A stretch of DNA of 62,883 nt, filler included, from Intoshia linei (lineage: Eukaryota > Animalia > Orthonectida): the NCBI GenBank assembly GCA_001642005.1. It is 8 parts of 8 records of this genome, joined end to end, with 100 filler letters (N's around TTAATTAATTAA, not from the genome) between each part and the next. Parts side by side here need not be neighbours in the genome. Positions count along the whole stretch, not along the records: positions 11,625 to 31,007 come from LWCA01000742.1; positions 31,108 to 43,162 come from LWCA01001115.1; 6 more parts are not named here. The stretch is one strand, 5' to 3'. This document shows, piece after piece, positions 25,598 to 38,500 of this stretch. Below the pieces are notes generated by a model. That model saw nothing but the letters and a program-made list of their open reading frames with translations. It was not told where the DNA came from and did not search any database. Numbering within the stretch: the stretch's first letter is position 1; the number at the start of each line of letters is the position of its first letter. The translations under genes were made by a program, and so were the position numbers.

Positions 25598-26785
25598 GAG
25601 TTATTATTATTGCAAAATTTAATTTAATAGTTACAACGTCTAATTAATTCCCCGCTTCTATAATTATCATTAGCATAATTATTAATATTAATTAATTAGA
25701 TAAAATTAAAAATAAAATAACTAAAAACATTTATATTGTTTTATTTGTTTTATTATTTTGTGAATTAACTGTTAATTTATCACTGCTTCAGCAAAGCTTG
25801 ATTAGCCTGAGCTGGTCGTCCCCTCTTTCTTTTGACATTTAATTGGAGAGCATTCGACTCTCGAGGTACAATACACCCATCAAATCTTAATCGTATTGCT
25901 ATACCGATAGAATGTTTACACATGTAATTTTTACCCCAAAAGGGACACGTACACTTCGAAAACTTCCAATTTTAACGATCCAGCGATATTTTCCAAACAA
26001 AATTTTCTCATATTAAAAAAATTTTCAAAACTGTTTTGATTTATTGAATCCACATATTGACTCACTTGGTCCTCGGTCAAGTTAACATCATTTACAATAA
26101 AAATTCAGTTCATAGTTATTTGTCAATAAATTAAAAGTTAGTTTTATAAAAAATAACGTTGTGTTTAAATAAAATAAATGCTACTTCTATTAATTTTGAC
26201 GCTAACATTATAACTATAGACGCTGGTGAAATTAGACACTGTAACTACACAGTGTGTCAATTTATTAGGCAGATCACTAAAATTCATATAATAAACTTTA
26301 GGAATGATGAAAACTTAATTTTTTTTTGTAATTAGGTGGCTTTTAATTGATGTTAATATTATTCATTAAATAAACTGAATTTAATTTGTAAAAAAAACTT
26401 TTTATTCACATTGTTTATTTACTTAAATTACTGTGTAAATTTGTTAGGCAAATTTGAAATCGGACAAAAAAATGACTTAAATAATGACGAAAAAAGTCAA
26501 ATAACAGACTTATTGGCCAGAGGAAAGACAACTCTTCAAATATACAAAGTTCTATAACGCGACCATCGAAAATTAAAAAATGGGCTCATTACCCATCAAA
26601 AAAAAAAATAATAGGTCAAAATATAGAAAAAAAAGGTAGTGACACTGCGAGAATTATCTCGAATTACCTAATTACAAAAAAAATAAGTTTTCATCATTCC
26701 TAGAGTTTATTACATCAATTTTAGTGATCTGCCTAATAAATTGACACACTGTGTATTAAATTATATGTTGCAATAATAATAACTC
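25598..26785 (-). mobile_element. MULE (Mutator-like) element remnant with long imperfect TIRs
   Basis: Minus strand ~25780-25980 encodes SKCTCPFWGKNYMCKHSIGIAIRL (SWIM finger) and KRKRGRP (AT-hook); ends gagttattattattgcaa / ttgcaataataataactc. Confidence 0.75.
26248..26753 (+). mobile_element. Internally deleted Tc1-like element
   Basis: Perfect 37-bp TIR cacagtgtgtcaatttattaggcagatcactaaaatt, TA flanks, HTH relic GQKNDLNNDEKSQITDLLARGKTTLQI..*RDHR. Confidence 0.9.
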
Positions 26786-27199
26786 AATTTAAACTAAATG
26801 CTTTGAAAATGAGAATTTGAGATTGACAAATTGCGAAGGAATCAATTATACATATATTTTCACCCATATTTATTTGTTCCCAAAGTGGGCGATATAATTT
26901 TTAAAAATTTTTTAGGAGGGGTTGAGAAAATATATTGCTAAAAAGATGGCGGTAGGCAAAATGAGTTTAGGAACCCCTGGTGTAGACGTTCAATGGACAT
27001 TTTTTTCACTAATATTTAAAGATACCATCAAATTTTAAAATATCCCTACAAAATTTTGGTCATTGTTCTTGAAGAAACCACAAAAATATTGTCAAAAAAT
27101 AAATATTATGATTAATTAACAAAATCGATGATTATGTCGCTCTAAGATGTATCGGTTTAACAATAAATGGCTCAAACGTATGTCGCTCAACTGAAATAA

Positions 27200-27580
27200 T
27201 TTATAATTCATAACAACACATTTAGAATTTAGTATTTGTGTGAAATAATTAACGGTCCGACAATTAAAAAAAAAAAAGAAAGATTCTGATAAAGCTTATT
27301 CCAGTTAATATAAATACAAAATTTCAACCACAGAAATCTACGCATTCCCGGTGAAAATAATTTTTAATATATTATCAATCAACATTTTTCAAATATTTTG
27401 AAAATAAAAATTGTAAATATTAATCCTACAATTTCAAAAAATAATATGCATTGAACGTCTACACATTTCCAATAAATAAGTATAGGTGGAAATCTATGTA
27501 ATTCATTCCTTCGCAATTTTTCATTCTCAAATACTTATTTTCAAAAAATTTAACGAAATTTATTTTATTTATTTAACGTT
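27200..27580 (+). mobile_element. Helitron family internal fragment
   Basis: Matches 28700-28980 and 39230-39360. Confidence 0.65.
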
Positions 27581-28174
27581 GAATTGGTAGATATAAAATT
27601 TTTCAACGATAGGGTTATTAAAAGATTTTATTAAAAGAATCCTACATTTTTTTGATAATTAATTCTTTCTGATCAAAACAACTAGAAGTATATAAGGTTT
27701 GCTCCATTTTTTATATATAAATGAAATCCTTGCATGTATTGAATGTCCGTTAACGTTGTTTGTTTTGATATTATTCGCAATCATGAAGCACTCGATATCA
27801 CAATCAAAATTACTCTGCAGTTGTTCCAATAACCTCAAAAGAAAACCTTTTCAAACGCAAAATTCAATTACCAAAAAAATTTCGTCATTTTGATATGGTT
27901 TGACGGCGGAAGTGTTATGAAGTGTAGTTCAATGTGTATTGTTATATATATTATCGTAAATACTTTTCAGATTAAATCTAATAATCTTAAAACTATTTTA
28001 TTCAATCATTACAAGGGGAAACTGTTTTTTTAAACAGGTTCATTATTTCTGGGTTTGACAACTAATCCACATATTCCATAAACCTTATAATTGTTGATGC
28101 TCAGTCTTGTGATCTCTGTAATTTTAAAGTATAAAATCGCTCATAAAAATAATAAAGGTCTATTCATAATTTAA

Positions 28175-31100
28175 ATGACACTTGATTGCTTAAATCGAAT
28201 TATATCATGCTCTTTAATTTCCAATACATGTAACAATTATGCAAAGTTGATAAGAATACCACCCAATCGAAAAAATTATTATTTTGAAACTTTATATGGA
28301 AAATTACATTTAAACCCTGTAAACCAGAATTATAGTATTATAAAATCTTCAAAAAAGCATAATTTTCTGATTAAAGATGCAACTTATATTGATACAATAT
28401 CAACAGTTTACGAATTTAATAATGTAGATTTTCAGGTATATTTAAATTATAAATATGGTAAATACACAATGTAATAGTAAGTGATTACTAATCAGTGATT
28501 AGTATGAGAGATATTACATAAGTTATGTAAAATTTTAAAATCGTAAATATTATCATAAATTTAAATTTAAAAAAAATAACAGATGGTACAGTTGTATCCT
28601 GTTAACACACACAAAAAAATTCAATCTGAATAAGTGACATTGTCACTGTCAAAAAAGCACTTTAGTAAAATTTTTTTTTTACGAAATATTTTCTTAAAAC
28701 AATAAATATGAAATAATTAACAATCCGACAATTATTCTGATAGAGCTTATTCCAGTTGATATAAATACAAAAGTTCAACCCCAGAAATCTACGCATTCCC
28801 AGTGAAAAATAATTTTCAATATATTATCAAACCAATATTTTTAAAATAATTCGATTAACTATTAGTAAAATATCCACACATTTCCAATATATAAATATGG
28901 GTGAAAATCTATATAATTCATTCCTTCGATTTTTTTTCATTCTCAAATACTGATTTTCAAAAAATGTAACGAAATTTAATTAAATATTATTATACGTGAT
29001 ATGAAACATTTTGGTATATGACAATTATTGATACAAAATTAATATTTTTTTAATCATCGAGAGAAGATACTGAATATACAGTTTTATTTATAATTTTATT
29101 TTTTATGAAATTTAAGCTATTTTGACAATTTTTAGGATTTACTATTTTGGCTTTATATTTAAGATAAACTCATTATCTTTTATAAATTGAATAAATGGGA
29201 TCACAAAATTGTTTTTAAAATTCTATACAAAAATGCTAACCAAATAAAATTAAGTGGGAATTATTCATTTTTAATTAAGATTTTATTATTGAATTTATTT
29301 TTTTGGTAGAATTAGATAAGTCCGCCCTCATCAGAGCTAGGTGCTGTTTTTAAGTAGTACAAAACAGCCAAGCTAGTGCAATATATAATAAAAACTTTTA
29401 ATTTTAAGTCTAATGTGATTATACTTTTTAGAATTATACAAATATTACTTCTCTTATTGATGTAATTCCTAATAAAAACCAACATTTATTAGAAATAGGA
29501 ACTGGTTCATCGATTTTGACGCATTTGTTGGCTAAATCAGGTAGATTTGTTTTTCATCATTATATAGTTAGTTGGAAAAACTGGACATGTCACTAGCTTG
29601 GAATCTGACACAGCCTTATTTGAAAAATTGCGTATAAAACGAAAAAAATATTTTATAAAATCTGATGACAAATTAACGAACACAGAAATGAATTGTGAGG
29701 TATCTTGTAGAATTTGATAATGTTACATACATGTCTTTATGGTCATTAGAGTAGTGTTTCAAAACTAGGGTTGCCAATTGCGTTATTTCCCCCCTGAGAC
29801 TTCGGTTTGACTTGAGGTTTTCAAATTCAACTCAAGGCTCAGGGTTAAGTTATATTTATCAGGGTAAAAGTTTGCTCTAAAGTATTTATTATGAAATATG
29901 AAATTATTGAATTTTGCAATAAAAATTGTGTGTAAACTGTTATTTTTTAAAAAAGAGACTCCAACGTAAAAGAGGCCACCTAAAAATTTTTTTAAATAAC
30001 AAAAAAAATAACACGCTTCGCTCAAAAATTATGGTTGAGGATAGCTTAATGTTGGTAACGCTATTCACTACCATGTATTCCATCAAAATTAAAAATAATA
30101 TGTGAACGCATAAATCAATTACAATTTTACTTTTATTCTATAGAAGAATATACAAGATAGAATAGATTATATGAATGTTGATTTAGAAGATTTTACACAT
30201 CAAGACTCATATAACCACGTAATTTAATATACAGTTATCTCTTTTTGGTCACCTAAAGTAAAAAATCAAAATTATTGAAAAATATACATTTTCATAAAAA
30301 CTAAATGCAGTCAAAATCTCATTTAACGAATGTTTTGTTTAATGAATATTTTATTTAACGAACATCGAAATTTTATTTTTTATATAAATGCCTAAATGTC
30401 TGGTAAAGGGTGTTTCATTAAGACGGATCGATAAAAACAGCAAATAAAACAATGTTAATGGGTAAATTTTATTGATTTTTTTATTGAATTATGTTATTTG
30501 GCACATGGCAATTATGTGTGAAAAATAATATCGCTCAAATGTTCGCCAAAGCTTTGGCGGCACATCTCCACTCGATGGTCAAAATTTTATATGACATCTC
30601 TGCATAATTGCTCTTCAATCTCACAATATGCCTTATTATCTCATCCTTCAGCTGTTCAATTGTTGTCGGCTTGTTTGCATAGACCTTACTCTTAAGGTAA
30701 CCCAAAGGAAGAAATCCAGAGGCGTCAAATCGCACGATCTTGCTGGTCAACCCACTTCGCTGTATCGAGAGATGATGCGACCTGGGAATTTCTCCTTTAA
30801 TAAAGCCATTGTTGCATTTGCTGTGTGGTATGTGGCGCCGTCCTGTTGGAACAACAAATTCTCGACATCCATAGTATTCAATTTAGGGGAAAAAAAGTTG
30901 GTTATCATGGCACGGTATCTCTCGCCTGTGACAGTAGCATAATTGCCGGCATTATTCTCGAAGAAAAACGGTCCAATTATTCCGCCAGCAAAAAATGCAC
31001 ACCAAACNNNNNNNNNNNNNNNNNNNNNNNNNNNNNNNNNNNNNNNNNNNNTTAATTAATTAANNNNNNNNNNNNNNNNNNNNNNNNNNNNNNNNNNNNN

Positions 31101-32555
31101 NNNNNNNATTTTTAATATATTATCAATTAATATTTTTCAAATATTTCGATTAAAATAAAAAGTAAGAATGTAAATATTGATCCTACAATTTCAAAAAAAA
31201 TGTTCATTGCACGTCTACACATTTCCAATAAAGACATATGGGTGAAAATCTATATAATTCATTCCTTCGGAATTTTTTTTATTGCTACGCAATTTTTAAA
31301 TTTCAAATTTTTAAAACATTTTTATTAAAATATTCAAATTTAAATAAGAAACTAAACAACGAAACTAAAACTTTGTTAGTATCATTTTTATATTGCAATT
31401 TTTTGCAATAATGTTAAAATTCGACTGAAATGTTTATAAATTGATACACAATTGATATTTTTAAGTTTTTATTAAATGGGTAGTACCAATTTGGTACTGA
31501 TTATATGTCATTACATTGAATATGACAAAATAGGTTTTTGTAATTTTATCTTTTTCTGGAATTTATGCTATTTATGACAATTTTTAGGATTAGACTGTTT
31601 TTACTTTATTTTAATATTATACACATGTTCTGTCTAATAAATTAAAAAAATGGTATAACACTTGTTTTTAAAATTCTTTATGCAAAATTTAAACAAACAA
31701 AAAATTAAGATGGAATAATTCAGTTTAAAGTAAAAAGTAATGATATATGATGGTTCCACCTGAAACAAATTTGGGAACGACGCCTTTAAAGGATTGATAA
31801 TAGTTAATAGTAGGATTTTTAAGTTAGATTTTTAACGTGAATTTATTTTTTTGGTATAATAAAAATGTACCCTCGGCAGAGCTAGGTACTGTTTGTACAT
31901 AGTACAAAACAGTCAAGCTAGTGTTGTATAAAATACTAGCAAGTTTTTCATTTTAAAAAAAAGGGTCAATTGGAGTTCTGGTCATGAAAATATAAGATTT
32001 ACTTAGTAAGTACTATACAGGACATATTTTGAAACATTTTTTACTCACACGTGATATCTCGCCATTAATGCATGTTAAATTAATTTTGTGTTACATAATA
32101 TGGAAGAACATATTTCATAATTCAATGAAAAATAAAAACGTAGAATTTAAATCATGTAACATGCAATTGAAACCCCCTAATAACTTAAAGTACGCAAAAG
32201 GAATCCAGTATTCCAAAAGTGGAAAATAAAAATGTAGAATATAAATCAAGTGATATGAATTTCAAAGATATATCGAATCGATATTATCGATAGTTGAATC
32301 TAAGTAAAAATAATAAAAAAAAAACGGAAGAATCCGACGTTTCAACAGAAGATACAAAATTAGAAGCGTACAATGTAGAAAATATTAAAGCCAATTTTAA
32401 AAATCAAGACTTAACATCTTGTAGTAGATACCTTTTGTGTTTCACCTTATTTTCATTTAATTACGAATAGTGAAAAATTAACAAAAGAAAATGAAAAGTT
32501 CCATACGCATGCCGACCGCAAATTAATTAAAATTATAAATACATTTAATCTATAA
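28175..32555 (+). CDS. tRNA (adenine-58-N1) methyltransferase, TRMT61B-like; 3' exons uncertain, spans a gap
   Basis: Exons 28175-28435, 29432-29540, 29572-29699 and 30143-30218 give ETLYGKL..IIKSSKKHNFLIKDA..LLEIGTGSSILTHLLAKSVGKTGHVTSLE (SAM motif I, Trm61 pattern). Confidence 0.72.
28525..29376 (+). mobile_element. Non-autonomous Helitron in TRMT61B-like intron
   Basis: Family body ending ctgttttt..aaaacagccaagCTAG|t. Confidence 0.72.
30405..31007 (-). pseudogene. Tc1/mariner (DD37D/maT-like) transposase remnant truncated by gap
   Basis: FQQDGATYHT..G*PARSCDLTPLDFFL(fs)GYLKSKVYANKPTTIEQLK; terminal taaagggtgtttc at ~30405. Confidence 0.88.
31108..31921 (+). mobile_element. Non-autonomous Helitron, 3' half
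   Basis: Ends ctgtttgtac-ata-gtacaaaacag hairpin, then tcaagCTAG|t. Confidence 0.78.
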
Positions 32556-32575
32556 TGAATAAATGCTTACAATAA

Positions 32576-35500
32576 TTATTTAGATTTTTCCAATATTTTA
32601 TTTAAATCATTAATATTATTCTGTAAAATGTCAACTTGATAGACATTATTGTCTTTGATTGCTTGGTCTAAATATTCTTCTAATTTTGCAATTTGTTCTA
32701 GTATAACAAAACTGGTTCTATCATCAATGAATATATCTTCTTTTTCATCTTTTTCATACTTTTTTTTCAATTTTTTTTTCGTTTTTCCAATTACTTTAAA
32801 TATATTTCTATGATGACTATCCTTGTCTTTAACTTTTTCTAAAATTACTCCTTCAGCGACTACTTTGTCAATATCTATAGAATCTTCTTTTTTAATAAAT
32901 GGATTATTTCTTTCATCGCCTAAATTTAATTAACATTACATTAAGAACATTTAATTAGTTTTTAATTATAATTAAATTTTTTTTTCTTTATAATTTTTAA
33001 TTTTTAACCATATTGATGAATTAGGATTGATTGAAACCCAATTACTAAACAGATTTTAAGAGTAAAAAATATTGAGTATACTATTCTTATTCCCTTTTGA
33101 TAACGAGGGTATTTATCAATGATTTAGGTGATATGGATATACAATGTTTATTATACATTTAACAATTTTTAAAGAGAATATTCTTAAATCCAACTATTTT
33201 TACTAAAATTCCACTTTTACCAAACCTTATAAAAATACTTACAAAGCGAGAAAGACCACTAAAAAGATCTAATAAAGCAAATATCAAATATTTCAACGAC
33301 AGAAAAATCCATAATGAATAAATTTATTTTACTTTTGTTTTAAAAAGTTTTAATTGATTCATCGTCAGTTTGAGAAGGTATTAAAGTGGTTATAACATCT
33401 TTTTATCGATAATCCTTCTATTTATTAACTTCACTTTGTTTGGTTAATAATACTGAGTTTTTATCGGATACTCTGCAATTCGGTAAAATTGGATTTTTAC
33501 CTTAAGGGTTGGTAAAAGTGGATTTTTTATTAAAGGGTTGATAAATTTTGATTTTTATAAAAATAGTTGAATTTAAGTAGACGCCTATTTTTAAAGACCT
33601 AGTCAATGTGAACATGGGTAACTTAAGTGAAAAGATTAATACAGTATAACCCCGTCTTGCGACACCTTTTTTGAACAGTTCCCCAAAAAGCGGGGGTACC
33701 CCAAAAACTGAGGATAATGATAATATTGTATTATGTATTAAATTAATTGAACGACGATAGTATTTAATCATAGTAAGAAAGTTGATAAAGATTCGTTGAT
33801 GGGGTATATCAAAGAATTAAGCATTTATTTAAAAAAAGAATTTTTTTAGTATTAACAAAAATATAAATAGAATTGAAAATTTGATAAACGCATGATTATT
33901 GAGACGACAATAACAACTAAATATTTACATAATATCTGATAAAAACATATGTAACTTTTTATCTTTTAATAATTGAACTATTTCCAATTGGGTGTCATAA
34001 TTTAATTTATCGTTCACCATTTTCATTCAAAATTTTTGTAAAAAAATAAGTCCCCCAAAACGAGGTTTATTTGGCACTTATTTTATAGGAAATAGTACAT
34101 AATACTATGAAACTAATAAAATATTTAAAAAGTTCCCAAAAAAGCGAGGGTTTCCCGTTGCCGAGGTTTGCCCCAAACCGGGATCGGACTGTACATTGAA
34201 TTTAATTAAAAAGATTATTAGATATTGGATGCCAGTTTTTTAAGGTGTTGAGTTAGATTAAAAGGATAGCAACCCTGATTTATGTATATTCATTACTAGA
34301 TAAAACAATTTCCAGTTCTTTGTTTTGTTTATATTCAACATTTATATCCTCAACACATAACGAACAGTCTAGGATAAAATTTCTCGTTTTGTAACGCAAC
34401 ATTTTTATTAATTTTTCCATTTTCTTAGAATTTGATGTGTTTATTAATGGACCATCCTTTTCAATTTCTTTGCTATATTTAAAAATTAAGGTTTATGGAA
34501 TTAATATAGTAGAATGGTGTCCACGACTAAGAAACTTTGTGCTTTACACTAAATCAATAATTTTTCATTTTTTAAAATTTATCTAAAATTCATTTATTAG
34601 ATATTTTTTTTACCAATAATTTCATTATAGGAAATCAATCACTTATTATAATTATAACTAGAATGGCTGTTTTATACTTTGTACAAACAGCATCTTGCTT
34701 TGCCGTGGGCGGAATTTTATAATTATACCAAAAAAATATAATCTTAAATAAAAATATCACTATTCACTATTACCAATATTCTAAAGCAGGGGTGGCCAAC
34801 AGGTCGATCCCGAAATTTTTTAAGATACATGTTAGCAAAAAATGGAAAATTGTTTTCTCGAAATTTCTAATGATCTTTTTCAAGGCCTTCATAATAACAT
34901 ATAATAAAATCTGCCATTGCAGATTTGCAATTATCACGTAATACTGTTATGAGACGAATAGATAAAATAGATTTTTTTTAACTATGAAGTGTATTTAATT
35001 TATATTATAATGTCCTATTACTAATGTCATATGTACTTATTGAATTTCAGTATAGTCGATCACTAGTATTTCAAAAAATATAAAGTCGATCTCTAAAAAA
35101 TTAAGTGGGCCAGCCCTGTTCTAAAGTAATGGTTCCCAAACGTGTCAATACAATTTTTATTTTTAAATTCTAGAACCATTAACTTAATTATATCAAATTT
35201 TTTGTTTTAATTAAATAATTTCTCAATAAACTCACTTCTAAATATGGTAAAAAGTTTTTCCTAAAATCCCCCTTGAAAAAAGGTTGCAAAAAAACTTCCC
35301 TAAAAAAGCCATTATAAAATTTGTTTGTTAATTTTTGTTAGATTATTTGGAAATTAGGATTAAAAGTATAGCTAGCTGTGAATCACAACATCTACTGAGT
35401 AGATGAGTATTTGATATATGTAGGCCGTTTCTATTATTTTTTAGTTATAGCTAAATAAGTAAGTTAGCTGTACTGAATTGGTTGGTGGTTGTTTTAAAAT

Positions 35501-38500
35501 ATTAATTTGGTATCTAAAATATATTTTGATTATAAAAATGCTTTTTTTAACCGTGAAGACGTCCCGTAGTGAAATCCAAATTTTTTGTGGGTAATATGTA
35601 ATGAATAAACTGTATGAACTGTAATTTTTTTTAAAATTCTGGGACAATTTTCATTTTTTAATAAAAGGTATTTTGGGGTTTTGACCCTAAAGATAAATTT
35701 TTTTAAATTTAAATTTATGATAATATTTATGATTATAAAATCCGTATCAGAGTGTATATTTTTTTAAATTCTAAAACTCGTTTAATTTTCAAAAAAGGAT
35801 AATTGAGTTTTTGACCGGTAAGATGTGAGTTTCAGAGATTAAAATTTATCTTACTTTCGCCTTGAAAAAACTATAATAGAAATGTGGAATTGTTAAAATT
35901 CTAAAACTCTTAGTTTTTGAAATAAACGATAACACAGACATACAAAGAGTTTTATATACAGTTGTAGGTAAGGATTAGATAGTTGGGTAAAATACATGAA
36001 ATATCAAATATTTTGATTTATTTTGACTATCATTATGATATTTTGATAAACTCTGTATGTTAACATTTTCTATATACATATGTATACTTACCTGAATGTG
36101 TCAAGATATGAAAACTTTTCATAAATATCCACCATTAATATATTTAATTTTTCAATTTCAAAGACATTCAATTTTCTAAAATAGTTCGATAAATAGTATA
36201 AACTAGTAATTTTGTATGTTAATGCCCGTTCGCAGTTTCAATCAATATGAATGAGTACTTAAAATTTTTTCATTATTATTAAATCCATTGAAATTATTCA
36301 GAACTGTTGAGAGGGCTAATGTTTATATTACCGATCCCAAATCATCAGGGCTACTATTCTATAGAGATGGATAATGTTGGAAAATTTGTTAATTATGTGA
36401 AAATATTGATCATACCTTTAGTCTTGTGTAAATAACCAGATTAAGGCATTAACAAGCTGAGTGACAACTCAAACATTGTCCATTAACTTGCCCAAAACTA
36501 ACAACCCAGTCCATTGGTGTCAAAACAGATTAAAATTCAAACGCACCGTAACATATAAAATTTATTTAAATTAATTACTCTTTTTTTGAGAGTATTTTAT
36601 TCATATCAATCAATATTTGACAAGTAGAATTTTCGAATGATCGAAGGGTCTTAAATAATTACAATTATATCAAAAAAAGTATGATTGGTCAATGAAATAT
36701 GACCATGAACCCGGATACACGTAAACTTTACACATGTCACGGTTTAACGTGAAGAGTGCTAATTTTTATAATTACGAAATTTGCATGACGGGGAAAATTG
36801 ATCGTTCCTGATTAAGATAATAAAGTTGAACAATACAATAATTTGAAAATTTTATTTTTTTAACCCCTAAATCGTTTCTAATATTGCCAACCACCTGTGC
36901 GGTCGAAAAACGATGATTTGTGGAGTATATTATAATACATACCTTCTGTTTATTGCATAACGTAAGAAACGACTCATCCATACAATCTTTATGTATCCAC
37001 CTTTGATTGAACAATATTTGAAAGCAATGTCTACAAGTCCGAATTTCAAAATTATCTGATAACAAATTTATAACTTCTAACGGGTCACTATCTTTGTCAG
37101 CAATAGATGAAATTCCACTGTCTCTTCGATGTAAAGGATACATAACATTCTCTGATGTAAAGGCGCTCACTTTAATATCTGTAAATACCTCATATTTCGG
37201 AATAATTTCATCTAAAAAGTAAAATTAACCTACCCATGCATGGGACATGTATCTATTAACAACAAGTAAAAAAACATATATAAATCAAGAATCCACAACC
37301 TATGAAACAACATTTATCCTTAGTCGACATGTCAGATAATTTTCTTGTTGTGCAGACAATAAAAATTACTTTTTTTATTATTACAAAATGTGCAAAAACC
37401 TGGTGAATTTTAACATTTACCAATGATATGTTAGTTTTAGAAAAAACAATATTCGTGCAATAAAATTTTATGGGGCTAGGAAGAAAGGTTGTCTTAACAT
37501 TATTACAATAAAATATATTTACTTAACGCTTCTTTATAGATAAAAAAGGAACAATTGGCGCACATAAGAATTCCACATAATCTGCAATGATGACGTCTTA
37601 GAATAATGGTGAAATATTGTCCACAAGTCATACATATTGGTGCATCGCTATCATCTATCCATGAAATTATTTCACTGGTATTGACTAAATTACAATAATT
37701 ATCCTTACTTATATAAAGTAAAGTACTGTACTGTTATTATTAAAATTTATGACTCTCTGTTTGTCTGTTACCATTTAAGAAAGTAATAGGCCTACAGTTT
37801 AAGAATACCAATTTCTAATACAGTTATTAGAGGCTGAGGTTTTATCGCAAATGTCATCTTCACAAAATGAGTACTTCAACCTTAAAAATCCCAATTATCT
37901 TTTTTTTTTAATAAAACGAATCCTAGAATGTAAAAAAATATACAATCTGATGTCGATTTTAAAATGGTGAACATTAAAATGATATATTTCAATATCAAAA
38001 ACTTATATATTCATGGCCAAAACATCAAACTGGGGCGCGTTTTAAAATCATTACTATTGTCATAAAATATGGTTATTTCAACCCCAGAAACTTACATTTT
38101 CATGTTTAAAAACCCAGATTACCCTTTTTTTAATAAAAAGAGTCTTAGAATTGTATAAAACGTTAATTGTGACATAGTTTTTAAAATCATGATATTCATC
38201 ATAAATGGTAATAAAGGTTGCCTAATTTTTGCATCATAGCAACCTCAAAAGCTTAAATTTTTACGATGAAAACCTCACATTACGATTTTTTAATAAATGA
38301 AACGAGGTCTAGATTTTTTTCAAAATCATACCTAGTGGAGTTGTTTCAAATTCACTTATACAAAAAAATCAATCTCATAAATTGACGCCTTCAGGGTCAA
38401 GAAAACACTTTAATATTTATTTATATTATTTGATGGTGTATAAAATAACGTTGAAATCCTTACTTATATAATACATGCTTTGTTTGTCTGTGTGTATGTA

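Noticed and set aside
25330-25700. Loosely periodic ctaatttaat repeats resembling a CRISPR-like array
   Set aside because: Eukaryotic context with no constant repeat/spacer structure; best explained as MULE subterminal repeats.
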